Below are positions 28,895 through 37,838 of a stretch of 64,000 nt of DNA, in pieces. Location of the stretch: positions 1-64,000 of IMG/VR virus record IMGVR_UViG_3300025137_000026; one strand, 5' to 3'. The notes beneath the pieces are model-generated. The model was not told where the DNA came from. It worked only from the letters and a program-made list of their open reading frames with translations, and searched no databases. The stretch is from a virus. The translations under genes were made by a program, and so were the position numbers. The stretch's first letter is position 1, and every line of letters begins with the position of its first letter.

Positions 28895-31381
28895 TCAAGC
28901 TAATTGTTTATCTTGTATTTCAACATCAGCTTGTACGGCTAGCTTGCCTTTTAGCTTATGCCACTTGGCTTCCATTTTAATTTCAGGCTCAGTATCGACA
29001 CGCTCACTATCGAAGCTAAGGAAATGCTCAGCGAATATTTCACTGGCAGAACCCTCCTTGAAGTCAGCAGGTACATACTCACCTAGTAGGCAGATAGTTG
29101 CTGCATCCCTCTTGTCTGCAAGCTTATCGAACATTGCTTCCTCGATGGTATCTTGATTGAGCAGAACCTTGATATTCACATCCTTGGTTGAATTGAGTCT
29201 GTATACTCTACCCATAGCCTGATGAAATGCACCATAGCTCCAGTCAAACGAGCCTATGATCATATTGTTACACTCATTGAAACTATGACCAACTGCACAT
29301 CTTGAACCAAAGGCAAGAACTCTAGTCTTACCACTCTTAAAGTTGTTAGCTTCCCTTACATGGTTACTAGCCTCTGAATCAATTCTTGAGCATTCTATAC
29401 CAGCTTCACCAAGCCTCTTGATTAACTCCGTTGTCTGCCCGCATGAGGACGAGACATGGATAATCTGCTCACCTCGCTCTAGTGTCTCTCCGATAAGTTC
29501 AAGAGTAGTGATCAGCTTGGGATTGAAGTTAGAGTTTACCCATCCGTTATTGAAGTATCTACCAACAGGATCCGCGCAGATACCTCTGAGTCTTTGTAAC
29601 TGCACACCATACTTAGTCTTGGGGTCACGGAATGGAATATTTCTAATGTCAAGGTTGTGGGCATAGAGTTTCTTCTGTGCAAACCCAAGTGGTACACGGA
29701 TAGTCTCAACATTGCAGTCAACCACATCAGGATTGCACTCCTCCTTGGATATGTAGGCAACGATAGATTTAAGTACCTTGAGCAATCTTTGAGTCTGACT
29801 GATTGTTGGTGAAGTCTTTTGGCATACTGACCCATTGCCACGTAAGGACTCCTCGGTGTAGTCTCGCTCTTGAGTTAGAAATGTAGTTCTGAATGCAGTT
29901 TCAGACTCAATAGTGTAAGGCCATCTAGGATTACTTTTCTCTCCATGATACCAATTAGGAACTGCTAACCATCCGGCAAGTGGGAAAATATTGGGTAACA
30001 TGTTCGGCACTGGTGTAGCTGTTAAGCAGTAACGATACTTAGGTTGTAATCGTATTAAGCAACTAGTGATTGCTGAATCTAAGTTCTGCATGATATGTGC
30101 CTCATCAATCAGAGCCATATCAAACTGATGCTTAGTTAGAGTGCAGAGGCTAGGCTTAACAATACAAGTGAATCCATTGCGAGTCTGACCTACACCTCTA
30201 TGCCATTGATTTTCTGTAGCAGGTGGCTTCTCCTTGTCAAAGGGTGCATCAAGGTCAAAGTCTCTGAGCCGTGCGCGAAACTTCTCCTCACGCTTATTAG
30301 CAGCCCAAGCCTTAGGTATCTTCTCGAATGCCTTAGTAGTACAGAATGCATTAGGGTAAGTAATATAAACTCCTGGGGGAAGAGTACCACTCGGTCTAAG
30401 TAAAGACTTGTAATCATCCAATGTAAAAAGGTTATGCACCTTAGTATCAGGAGAGAACTTATTAATCTCTGCTACCCACTGGGCAGGATCATGCTTAGTG
30501 GAATTACCCGAAGCATCCTTCACCGTACCCTTAGGAGCAACAATCAGACATCTCTTAGAGTTCTTAGCATTCTTTATGGCAATAGCCATGCAAGTCTTAC
30601 CAGTGCCTACATCACCACTTACCATAGCCTCATCCACACAAAGGACTCGAGCAATGTAATCCTTCTGCCCAGGGTAGAACGGAATACCATTCAACTCTTC
30701 CAACTGCGTGAGCTTATGGTTGTAGTGTTCAAACAGCTTTGGTCTTAGTTCAGCAACCGTCTTAATATCTAGCATATCAAAGAAGCTCCACACCTTTGTA
30801 CTAGGGAACTCACCTTGTCCGACTGGATTATCTCGGAATGTGAACTCTTGGTTATCATCATCCTTGAATACATAACCAGCATCCACTCCATATCTCTCAA
30901 TCTCATGATCAATGACATAGGTTCTGCCGTCTGCATCGGTATGCATCTTCTTGCTAGATAACGGACGAGTATAAGAGTACTTGAGCCTACGGAACTTGTA
31001 CTTATTTCCCTTAGTTATCTTTGGCCATGAGCCTTCACCGAAGAACTTAAAGTCCTTGGGGCGCTCAGGTTGCTCGAGTGCTTCCAGTACTTTCACTTCA
31101 TCAATCATGCCAACCATCTCATAGGGAGTCATTGGGCGTATTGGTGGAGAGGTGAACTTGGATTCATTTAAAGCCTCATTGATTGAAGCTTTGGAGTTAG
31201 GCTCGATGTCTACGGAATCATGGTTGTATAACTCCTGTAGTACTCGTCTGTCTGTAGACACTACTACTAGTGCCATTGGAGTCATGCCATCCACATAGGA
31301 CAGCTTAGCATCGATGCTTTTATTTTTGGTAGGCTTGGTACGTATAGCACCAAGTGGGTTAAGCCACATATTATATTTCAT
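28895..31381 (-). CDS. SNF2-family (SF2) helicase/ATPase
   Basis: GDVGTGKT, IDEAH, LTATP..N, QAMGRVYR. Confidence 0.9.
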   Translation of the reverse strand: MKYNMWLNPLGAIRTKPTKNKSIDAKLSYVDGMTPMALVVVSTDRRVLQELYNHDSVDIEPNSKASINEALNESKFTSPPIRPMTPYEMVGMIDEVKVLEALEQPERPKDFKFFGEGSWPKITKGNKYKFRRLKYSYTRPLSSKKMHTDADGRTYVIDHEIERYGVDAGYVFKDDDNQEFTFRDNPVGQGEFPSTKVWSFFDMLDIKTVAELRPKLFEHYNHKLTQLEELNGIPFYPGQKDYIARVLCVDEAMVSGDVGTGKTCMAIAIKNAKNSKRCLIVAPKGTVKDASGNSTKHDPAQWVAEINKFSPDTKVHNLFTLDDYKSLLRPSGTLPPGVYITYPNAFCTTKAFEKIPKAWAANKREEKFRARLRDFDLDAPFDKEKPPATENQWHRGVGQTRNGFTCIVKPSLCTLTKHQFDMALIDEAHIMQNLDSAITSCLIRLQPKYRYCLTATPVPNMLPNIFPLAGWLAVPNWYHGEKSNPRWPYTIESETAFRTTFLTQERDYTEESLRGNGSVCQKTSPTISQTQRLLKVLKSIVAYISKEECNPDVVDCNVETIRVPLGFAQKKLYAHNLDIRNIPFRDPKTKYGVQLQRLRGICADPVGRYFNNGWVNSNFNPKLITTLELIGETLERGEQIIHVSSSCGQTTELIKRLGEAGIECSRIDSEASNHVREANNFKSGKTRVLAFGSRCAVGHSFNECNNMIIGSFDWSYGAFHQAMGRVYRLNSTKDVNIKVLLNQDTIEEAMFDKLADKRDAATICLLGEYVPADFKEGSASEIFAEHFLSFDSERVDTEPEIKMEAKWHKLKGKLAVQADVEIQDKQLA

Positions 31382-31396
31382 TATGTTTTCTTTCTG

Positions 31397-31576
31397 TTAG
31401 CGGGTTATTATTAAGCGGCCAAGGCTTTTGGTTTCTTTGGGTTTGGTTAACGCAACCAATAAGGGCAGGTTTCGGGTCTTCACATGGATTTGATGCCCAT
31501 GCTCGCCATATCCCTTCTCTCCGCATCCGCAGATTCCCCCGACTCGGGTAGCACAATACAAATGCTCCTTCGTCAT
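31397..31576 (-). CDS. Small Cys/His-rich hypothetical protein (59 aa, not in ORF track)
   Basis: MTKEHLYCATRVGGICGCGEKGYGEHGHQIHVK...; fills the gap upstream of the helicase. Confidence 0.35.
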   Translation of the reverse strand: MTKEHLYCATRVGGICGCGEKGYGEHGHQIHVKTRNLPLLVALTKPKETKSLGRLIITR

Positions 31577-31613
31577 AAAATGGGGGTATAGACGGAGAGT
31601 CTATAGAACCCTC
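31577..31613 (-). terminator. Possible intrinsic terminator
   Basis: tatagac/gtctata stem with outer ggg/ccc arms, followed by a T-run on the minus strand. Confidence 0.4.
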
Positions 31614-31638
31614 TGGTTACAAATTTATTTAATGCGGA

Positions 31639-31914
31639 CTATTCTTCTTCTGGCATCTTATGTAGGGCATAACCAAGTTGTCCTTGGTCATTCATTTCCC
31701 ATATCATAAGCATAGCTCCACCCTCTAGTTGAGTGTAGCAATCAGGGTACAAATCAATGGGCAGTTTAAGCTCCTCGAACCTATGCATAAGTGCTTCATT
31801 CTTATTCCACTTATCCATAGGAATTGCGTTATGCATAAACTGATCATAGGTTGCCTCGATGTTGAAGGGTGGGGGGGCAGGTAGTTCCTGCGCACCATCT
31901 ATACGATTACTCAT
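31639..31914 (-). CDS. Hypothetical protein
   Basis: 91-aa ORF with ATGA overlap. Confidence 0.65.
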   Translation of the reverse strand: MSNRIDGAQELPAPPPFNIEATYDQFMHNAIPMDKWNKNEALMHRFEELKLPIDLYPDCYTQLEGGAMLMIWEMNDQGQLGYALHKMPEEE

Positions 31915-32438
31915 TCTGCTATAGAGATATACATGGATTCAACAGCGTTAGACATTTCCTCTCGGACAACCTCTCGCACTATCTCCCTTACCCTCTCCTC
32001 GGTTATACCAGCATTGTTATGCTTAAGTAATGTAGATATAGCAGAAGCTATCTCTAGTTGCTCTGGCTCCCTCTTGGTAACCTTACCACTCTTGGTTACC
32101 TTTGTAGGCTTAGGCTTCTCCTCAACGATAGGCTGAGTAGGATCGGAAACCTCAACATATGCCTCGCGATCAATAGGATTACCCTTAATGAACGAGAGTA
32201 TATCCTTGTAGACCTTCTCCTTTGATGCGTCCAACTGATCATTGAACTCATCATTATCCTCATGCCAACCACCCTTGGGTACAGGGAGGAAGTCTCCATC
32301 TGTATCCATGACTAAGGCTTGCAGAGACTCTGCATCCTCATGGAGGTTATCTTGAAGCCATGCATTGACTGCACCTCTGACGTTATTATTAGCCTTTTGA
32401 AGGGCAATTATCTTTTTGTATGTATCACTCGTAGTCAT
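31911..32438 (-). CDS. Hypothetical protein (likely start MTTSDTY at 32438)
   Basis: GTAACCCAA motif 23 nt upstream of this ATG. Confidence 0.65.
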   Translation of the reverse strand: MTTSDTYKKIIALQKANNNVRGAVNAWLQDNLHEDAESLQALVMDTDGDFLPVPKGGWHEDNDEFNDQLDASKEKVYKDILSFIKGNPIDREAYVEVSDPTQPIVEEKPKPTKVTKSGKVTKREPEQLEIASAISTLLKHNNAGITEERVREIVREVVREEMSNAVESMYISIAE

Positions 32439-32457
32439 AGTTATTTTTATTTTTGGG

Positions 32458-34089
32458 TTACATTTTAATGAACTCTGCAAACAATATTCTGTATGCACGT
32501 TCAGCTTGGGCTGGCACTATGCCATTCCCTAAGAGTCTGAGTCTTGGGACTCGTAGAGCCATGATTTCGGGAGAAGCGTAGTATTCTTGTGGAGTCCTTG
32601 GATTTGCTCCACCCATGCCGGATTCAACTTGCCGTGTATATTGAGTCTCCCCAAGTTCCTCGCTAGTGATGCTTGATTGCTGTTCACTTCGCTCTTCGGA
32701 TTCTTGTTGTGATCGTACTGGGCTGGCGTCCCCCATTGTGGTAGACGAGCTAAGTCCCGACCCAGGCACTTCTGATTCGAGTCCGTTGCTGTCCTTGCTC
32801 CCTCCACATGATCCGATGCTTGTGGGGTTGCCCACTTCTCGGGATTCTCCATATGTTCCACTGCGTCCCTCAGTTTCGCTCCGTACTTCGTTCCGTTCTC
32901 CCTCGTTGCCGTGAAGCCCGTGTCCGTCATCTTCACATCCTTGGCTACTCCTCCTTCTACTAGTCCTGCTACCGTTGGTGTTGGGAACATTATCTCGGGA
33001 TTCATCTCGGGATTCACTACATCTTCCCTCAGATTCTTGCATCCTCCCTTCTTCTTGTTGCGAGCAAGTGCTTCCCCTGTCTTCGGTGGAAGTACATCCA
33101 TCGTGTTTGGGGTTGCCCATGCTTTGGCGGATGCTTCCTTCGATTGTTGAATAGCCGTCTCCGTTATCGCCACATGGCTGAGCATCTTCTGCTTCTGATT
33201 GCCCAACGGACGAGTTGCTTTCTCCTCCCCCGTGGTTGGAGTTGGCCAAGTCTTCTGATCCGATAGAGCTACTGCCGACAGACTTGGATTCTGTCTGTTC
33301 TTCTCCGACTCGGGAGTCCCATCCGTCTTCCCCGTCCTTGGGGTAGGCCATGATGACCCTTGGTTCTTCCCATCCGTGCTGAGCTTCCCCTGGACGTGAA
33401 GGCCATGTACCTGCTCGCCAAGGTTGCTCTTCCCCCGATCCGTCAAGCAAGCTCGGGAGTCTTGCTCCTTCGGTGTCCCCCACTGATCGTTCAGACTCAT
33501 CTGGGTTTGCGTTTCGGAAGAGCATGAAGACACGCTTACGTTGGTGAGGCGCGCCTTCTTCACTCGCGCTGACCACTGTGAACGCACCCTCGTAACCAAT
33601 TTCTTCCATTCGTCCCAAGACATATTTGAGTACGCTTGTGTTCTGCTCGCCACCGAACTTACAACTGATGATGCCCTCGACATTTTCGAGTGCGACCCAG
33701 TTGGGACGGCAAAGATCAACTCCGTTTGCAATGAAGGGGAAGAGGTGTCTTGGGTCTTCAGTTCCTTTCCGAATCCCTGACGATGAGAAGGGCTGGCAAG
33801 GGAAGCCCGCAGATAAGATGTCCACGCATCCACGGAACTTTCCGTATGGGAACTCTTTAACATCCGTAAAGACAGGAGCCTCAGCCAATTCACCCTCTTC
33901 AATCTTAGCAACCAAGTTCGCGCAAGCGTATCCTTCCCGTTCCACGTATGCGATTTCTCGCAAGTTTGGGAATATTCCTCTAAGTCCTCTGCCCATTCCT
34001 TCGTATCCCGAACACATAGAGAGGTGAGTAACGACGTTATTGGTAAGTATACCTTGTATTTGCTTTTCTTCATAGTTTTCATCATTCAT
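32458..34089 (-). CDS. C5-cytosine DNA methyltransferase, catalytic (alpha) polypeptide
   Basis: Motif I (SMCSGYEG), IV (GFPCQPFS), VI (ENV), VIII (QRKRVF), X (RLRLLGNGIVP); motif IX absent from this frame. Confidence 0.9.
   Translation of the reverse strand: MNDENYEEKQIQGILTNNVVTHLSMCSGYEGMGRGLRGIFPNLREIAYVEREGYACANLVAKIEEGELAEAPVFTDVKEFPYGKFRGCVDILSAGFPCQPFSSSGIRKGTEDPRHLFPFIANGVDLCRPNWVALENVEGIISCKFGGEQNTSVLKYVLGRMEEIGYEGAFTVVSASEEGAPHQRKRVFMLFRNANPDESERSVGDTEGARLPSLLDGSGEEQPWRAGTWPSRPGEAQHGWEEPRVIMAYPKDGEDGWDSRVGEEQTESKSVGSSSIGSEDLANSNHGGGESNSSVGQSEAEDAQPCGDNGDGYSTIEGSIRQSMGNPKHDGCTSTEDRGSTCSQQEEGRMQESEGRCSESRDESRDNVPNTNGSRTSRRRSSQGCEDDGHGLHGNEGERNEVRSETEGRSGTYGESREVGNPTSIGSCGGSKDSNGLESEVPGSGLSSSTTMGDASPVRSQQESEERSEQQSSITSEELGETQYTRQVESGMGGANPRTPQEYYASPEIMALRVPRLRLLGNGIVPAQAERAYRILFAEFIKM
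32529..34085 (-). CDS. Overlapping alternative-frame MTase partner (beta) polypeptide with 7 WxTP modules and motif IX
   Basis: 518-codon open frame nested in the MTase; WGTP, WPTP, WPTP, WATP, FPTP, WATP, WGTP; C-terminal GKLNPAWVEQIQGL; true start uncertain. Confidence 0.8.
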   Translation of the reverse strand: MMKTMKKSKYKVYLPITSLLTSLCVRDTKEWAEDLEEYSQTCEKSHTWNGKDTLARTWLLRLKRVNWLRLLSLRMLKSSHTESSVDAWTSYLRASLASPSHRQGFGKELKTQDTSSPSLQTELIFAVPTGSHSKMSRASSVVSSVASRTQAYSNMSWDEWKKLVTRVRSQWSARVKKARLTNVSVSSCSSETQTQMSLNDQWGTPKEQDSRACLTDRGKSNLGEQVHGLHVQGKLSTDGKNQGSSWPTPRTGKTDGTPESEKNRQNPSLSAVALSDQKTWPTPTTGEEKATRPLGNQKQKMLSHVAITETAIQQSKEASAKAWATPNTMDVLPPKTGEALARNKKKGGCKNLREDVVNPEMNPEIMFPTPTVAGLVEGGVAKDVKMTDTGFTATRENGTKYGAKLRDAVEHMENPEKWATPQASDHVEGARTATDSNQKCLGRDLARLPQWGTPAQYDHNKNPKSEVNSNQASLARNLGRLNIHGKLNPAWVEQIQGLHKNTTLLPKSWLYESQDSDS

Positions 34090-34135
34090 TTTATTTATTG
34101 TTATATTTATATTTAGGTTACAATCTTATTATTCC

Positions 34136-34513
34136 TTATAGTCCGTACCTCGCTAGTTCAGCCTCTTCCTTGGCAGATTCCATGGCAGACTCTATAGCAT
34201 CCTCAAGTTCAACTTGCATAGCTATAGACTCCATCACTTTATCCTTACCCTCTTTGAGCAGAGTAAAGATATTTACCTCGCAAGCATCCAGCAGGCACTT
34301 CCCATCTTTATATTTACCACTGACATTAAGCTCAGATAAATCTGTTAGCTTTACATCAACAGCTTGATGTCCATTACCAGGGTGCCACACATAAGTGTCT
34401 CCATAAGGGAGAGAACCCACAGCAGTATCCTCGACACCAAACTCCACCGTACCCGAAGCGATTACATCGATTCCAAACACGGTCATTTCTTCTTGTTCAA
34501 ACGTATGTTCCAT
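34136..34513 (-). CDS. Hypothetical early protein
   Basis: 125-aa ORF with GTAACCTAA 24 nt upstream. Confidence 0.7.
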   Translation of the reverse strand: MEHTFEQEEMTVFGIDVIASGTVEFGVEDTAVGSLPYGDTYVWHPGNGHQAVDVKLTDLSELNVSGKYKDGKCLLDACEVNIFTLLKEGKDKVMESIAMQVELEDAIESAMESAKEEAELARYGL

Positions 34514-34566
34514 ATGTTATATATTATATTAGGTTACAATTATAAAAAAAGCAGCTAGTTTCTTAA

Positions 34567-34902
34567 TCATTCTGCTGCCCATCCAACGAAGTAGTATAGT
34601 TTACTCTTCTTGGTACTCTGCTTCGAGGGGAACTCAATGCCATAGCACTCTCTCTTGTCGCACTCCTCAATGGCTTTTTCCTCGAACTTTTCTTTGCACT
34701 CCTTTAGAAACTTCTGAGTCTTCCGGCGAGTACCTAGTAGTTCATTGAACCACTTGCTCATATCTCTGAACCCGTCACAAGTGCTGATCGTTCCGTTGTA
34801 TGGATCATGTCCTGATTCATACTCTGCGCTCTTTACTAGTTGATTAAAGGCAGTACTCATATCGACTGCTCTTGTTGATGTGTATATATCTGATGCTCCC
34901 AT
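34567..34902 (-). CDS. Hypothetical early protein
   Basis: MGA...YESGHDPYNGTIST...YYFVGWA; coupled start/stop. Confidence 0.7.
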   Translation of the reverse strand: MGASDIYTSTRAVDMSTAFNQLVKSAEYESGHDPYNGTISTCDGFRDMSKWFNELLGTRRKTQKFLKECKEKFEEKAIEECDKRECYGIEFPSKQSTKKSKLYYFVGWAAE

Positions 34903-35318
34903 TATTCTGTTTCTCCTTTGTTTAGTATTACGTGGTTAATATCCATTTCAAGCCTATCGGCTCTGGCATTTAGTTCTTCTCTCATTTGACTAGCAAACTT
35001 GCCAAACTCATCAGTTGATTTCTCTCTCAATAGATGAACTACATCTTCCCAGGCAGTCATGCCCCGATCATAAACCTCTGACTCGACGTGTCGCTTTCCA
35101 CCAATGATGTCAGAAGGGCCTTGATGTAATTTGACTATAGCATTAGCCATATCTTGAGACATGTAGGGCGTTGGTTTTACACCTGTCTGTCCTCGCTTAT
35201 TCATATTCGTCCCACGTTTCACTTGGTATGCTTGGTACATTTTAGCATACTCATCCATTCTCACTAGGTTGCCCCCACAAAAGGGGACATACGTTTTAGT
35301 TATTGTTATTGTTTCCAT
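34902..35318 (-). CDS. Hypothetical early protein
   Basis: 138-aa ORF in a tightly packed minus-strand array. Confidence 0.65.
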   Translation of the reverse strand: METITITKTYVPFCGGNLVRMDEYAKMYQAYQVKRGTNMNKRGQTGVKPTPYMSQDMANAIVKLHQGPSDIIGGKRHVESEVYDRGMTAWEDVVHLLREKSTDEFGKFASQMREELNARADRLEMDINHVILNKGETE

Positions 35319-35446
35319 TATTTATTTCCTCCTTGGTTATTTTGATTTTGATTCCTTTTTCATAGCTTATCCACATGATCGTCTGACCACGCTTAACTTG
35401 TAGGCATTCATCATGTGTTAGTTTTATTTCTAGTTCTTCCATTTCT

Positions 35447-35746
35447 TTATTTCCTCCATTGGTTTAATCTATTGTCGTGCCATTGATTCCAGTCATCACT
35501 TATTGCTTTGTTCATTCCCTCAAGGATTCTATCGAAGTCCCCGTACTTTTCGGAATAACTCCACCTTAAGAAGTCTTCAGATGCGTGTAGTTCACCCGTT
35601 AGGCTTAGTTGCCTCCATGTGCATACTATTCGGTCATTCCAATCCACAGGGTAACTTCCGCATGATAACTTTAAGTCACCATTGGTATGCCTTTGGATTA
35701 GGATACTGAAGTTATCATCAATGTGATGGTGTATTGTTCTCATCAT
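35447..35746 (-). CDS. Hypothetical early protein
   Basis: 99-aa ORF in array. Confidence 0.6.
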   Translation of the reverse strand: MMRTIHHHIDDNFSILIQRHTNGDLKLSCGSYPVDWNDRIVCTWRQLSLTGELHASEDFLRWSYSEKYGDFDRILEGMNKAISDDWNQWHDNRLNQWRK

Positions 35747-35984
35747 TTATCCTTTCTGTATCGTAATTAGAGTCTCCGTCTTCTGTTATGAATCCAGCCT
35801 CTATAGCGAATCCTCGCCATTTTCGTGGGACTTTTACTGCATCGACAATTTCTCCTCTATCTAAAGTAAGGCCTAATTGACACGCCTCCCGAATATTTGC
35901 TCCATCATCAATCAACTTTGTTACAAACTTTAGGGTTTCCTTGCTTAACATACTTAATGGCCCAGTTCTTGTTCTCTTACTCAT
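35718..35984 (-). CDS. Hypothetical early protein bracketed by a 45-bp direct repeat
   Basis: 88-aa ORF; repeat copies at 35740-35784 and 35981-36025. Confidence 0.6.
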   Translation of the reverse strand: MSKRTRTGPLSMLSKETLKFVTKLIDDGANIREACQLGLTLDRGEIVDAVKVPRKWRGFAIEAGFITEDGDSNYDTERINDENNTPSH

Positions 35985-36025
35985 TATTTATCCTTTCTGT
36001 TGTGTAATTGAAGTCTCCGTCTTCT
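35740..36025. repeat. Imperfect 45-bp direct repeat pair (39/45 identical)
   Basis: tcatcatttatcctttctgtatcgtaattagagtctccgtcttct vs tcattatttatcctttctgttgtgtaattgaagtctccgtcttct. Confidence 0.9.
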
Positions 36026-36135
36026 AGGAAATCTCCATTACTTAGTTCTTGTACTTGTTGTATTGCATCGTCTTCATTCTCTGCATCCACCTCATGGGAC
36101 ACATAGACTTTCACTAAGACCCTGTACTTACTCAT
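35977..36135 (-). CDS. Small acidic protein (52 aa, DpnD/PcfM-like; not in ORF track)
   Basis: MSKYRVLVKVYVSHEVDAENEDDAIQQV... (Y.V......V.AE.E..A pattern). Confidence 0.6.
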   Translation of the reverse strand: MSKYRVLVKVYVSHEVDAENEDDAIQQVQELSNGDFLEDGDFNYTTERINNE

Positions 36136-36359
36136 TGTTTTTCCTCCTTCCTCTCATCGACCTTGCTCCTTATTGGGGCATTCATAGTCGCAACCTCAAT
36201 GAACTCACGACATGCGTTGACTAAGTCTTGCCACTCTGGGCAATCAGTATCCTCGCCATCTCTGATGCGTTCATTCTGTTTAGTTTCCCATTCGGAGAGG
36301 AGGCTACAGATTAAATCTGTAACCTCCTCCTCGGAGATGTGTTCGTAATTAAGACTCAT
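36132..36359 (-). CDS. Hypothetical early protein (likely start MSLNYE)
   Basis: ATGA overlap with the upstream gene. Confidence 0.6.
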   Translation of the reverse strand: MSLNYEHISEEEVTDLICSLLSEWETKQNERIRDGEDTDCPEWQDLVNACREFIEVATMNAPIRSKVDERKEEKQ

Positions 36360-36718
36360 TCTTCTTCCTCCTCTTCGTCTTCCCACACGGACTCATCATA
36401 GAAGTATCCTTGATCGGGGCAGTCTTCTGGTTTCTTGAAGAAGTAAGCACCGCATTCACTTAGGCTAGGGTACTTAACGTCATCATTATCATTGAAGAAC
36501 AGATCAATGCCACGCATACGATCACCTGTCCCTCCGTTCATTTCATCAAGGAGAGCATAGTAATCTTTACCTCCGAAGACTCCATAGCCCTCGTAATTAC
36601 TTTCCTCCCATTGATTCTCTTTATTGTCTGTCATGATTACCTTGAAGGTATTCTTGTTTGAGTAAGTATTTGGTATACTCTTACCCGTGTCTTGTGTTAT
36701 CCAGCTGAAGAAGCCCAT
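36356..36718 (-). CDS. Hypothetical early protein
   Basis: MGFFSW.T.D..KSI...YEGYGVFGGKDYY...CPDQGYFY. Confidence 0.75.
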   Translation of the reverse strand: MGFFSWITQDTGKSIPNTYSNKNTFKVIMTDNKENQWEESNYEGYGVFGGKDYYALLDEMNGGTGDRMRGIDLFFNDNDDVKYPSLSECGAYFFKKPEDCPDQGYFYDESVWEDEEEEEE

Positions 36719-36719
36719 G

Positions 36720-36965
36720 TTATTTACCCTCCTCTGTATTAATATCTGCGTCTAGGTGACTAGCTAGGTCTGCGAAGGTGCTGTCACTGTTGAAGAATTT
36801 ATATGCATACTGCAATAAGGCCCGTATCTTGTCTTTGGGGTAGTCTTGAATCTCATCGTAAATCTCGAATTGATTAAGATTCCAATTCCAGCCCTCGACT
36901 TGTTTCTTGATGTCAGCATCAACCTCTAGTTGCTGTTCTGCTTGTTCTATTGTTATATCACTCAT
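36720..36965 (-). CDS. Hypothetical early protein
   Basis: 81-aa ORF in array. Confidence 0.6.
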   Translation of the reverse strand: MSDITIEQAEQQLEVDADIKKQVEGWNWNLNQFEIYDEIQDYPKDKIRALLQYAYKFFNSDSTFADLASHLDADINTEEGK

Positions 36966-36969
36966 TTTA

Positions 36970-37239
36970 TTATCCTTTTGTTGTTGTTACTTTTGCATCG
37001 CGGACGTTGACCTCAACTACCGCAGTTAGATTGTCTTTCTTGTACTTGAGAAAGAATGTGTTGTTCTTGTTTTCCAGTGAGATAAACTCAGCCTTAAGTG
37101 ACTCAGTTACACGCTTTGCTGAAGCAATGTACTCGCTCCACTCCTCACCATCGTACCCTTGTTCATCTTGCCATCTATCGAACAAGGTCATGGTATGATT
37201 GGCTAATGTCTCAGCTACTTCTTCGTTTGAATTACTCAC
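36970..37239 (-). CDS. Hypothetical early protein
   Basis: 89-aa ORF in array. Confidence 0.6.
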   Translation of the reverse strand: MSNSNEEVAETLANHTMTLFDRWQDEQGYDGEEWSEYIASAKRVTESLKAEFISLENKNNTFFLKYKKDNLTAVVEVNVRDAKVTTTKG

Positions 37240-37603
37240 TTGGTAACCCCCTTGCTTCTGCTACTTCAGTGCCGGACTCTTCTTGATCAAGGATGCCTTG
37301 CTCGACATAGAGTTTATCCTCGAAGTTCTTCAATGCATTAGCAATTGACCCATCTATATCCTTCGGCTTGAAGTCCCTCATAAGAAGGATCGCTCCCCAG
37401 GCACAGAAGCCATGAAGCTCACTAGAAGAATGCCCATTGAACTCCTCGGCAACTCGTTGAATGGATATGCACAAGCCACGCACCATACCACGAGAGGTGT
37501 CAGTATATTGCATGGGCTTTAAGTTGCTTAATTCCAAGGTCTGCTGGATATCCTTGATGGCGTTAATAATGAATTTGATTATTAGTATTTTATTTTCACT
37601 CAT
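37232..37603 (-). CDS. Hypothetical early protein
   Basis: 123-aa ORF in array. Confidence 0.6.
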   Translation of the reverse strand: MSENKILIIKFIINAIKDIQQTLELSNLKPMQYTDTSRGMVRGLCISIQRVAEEFNGHSSSELHGFCAWGAILLMRDFKPKDIDGSIANALKNFEDKLYVEQGILDQEESGTEVAEARGLPSE

Positions 37604-37619
37604 GTTATTTATTTCTATT

Positions 37620-37814
37620 TTAGTATGCGTTTAGTATTCCTCCGCCTGATCTGTTTTGTTTTCTGTAAAGTGCAGAAACATACGCCATTGCCTGTGATAC
37701 AGGTGAAGGATGTTTGCCACTTACATTTACGCTATGGGTTATGCCATCAGTCGTTTTAACTGTGACAGCTACGGTATTTTTCATATGGGAATCATCCCAA
37801 TTATTTTCACTCAT
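37620..37814 (-). CDS. Hypothetical early protein
   Basis: 64-aa ORF; GTAACCAAA 22 nt upstream. Confidence 0.6.
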   Translation of the reverse strand: MSENNWDDSHMKNTVAVTVKTTDGITHSVNVSGKHPSPVSQAMAYVSALYRKQNRSGGGILNAY

Positions 37815-37838
37815 GTTATCTATTTATTTTGGTTACAA

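Noticed and set aside
32640-33500. Intein, intron or assembly frameshift in the methyltransferase
   Set aside because: No intein C/S...HN termini or homing endonuclease motifs, and both frames are open end to end, so overprinting explains it better
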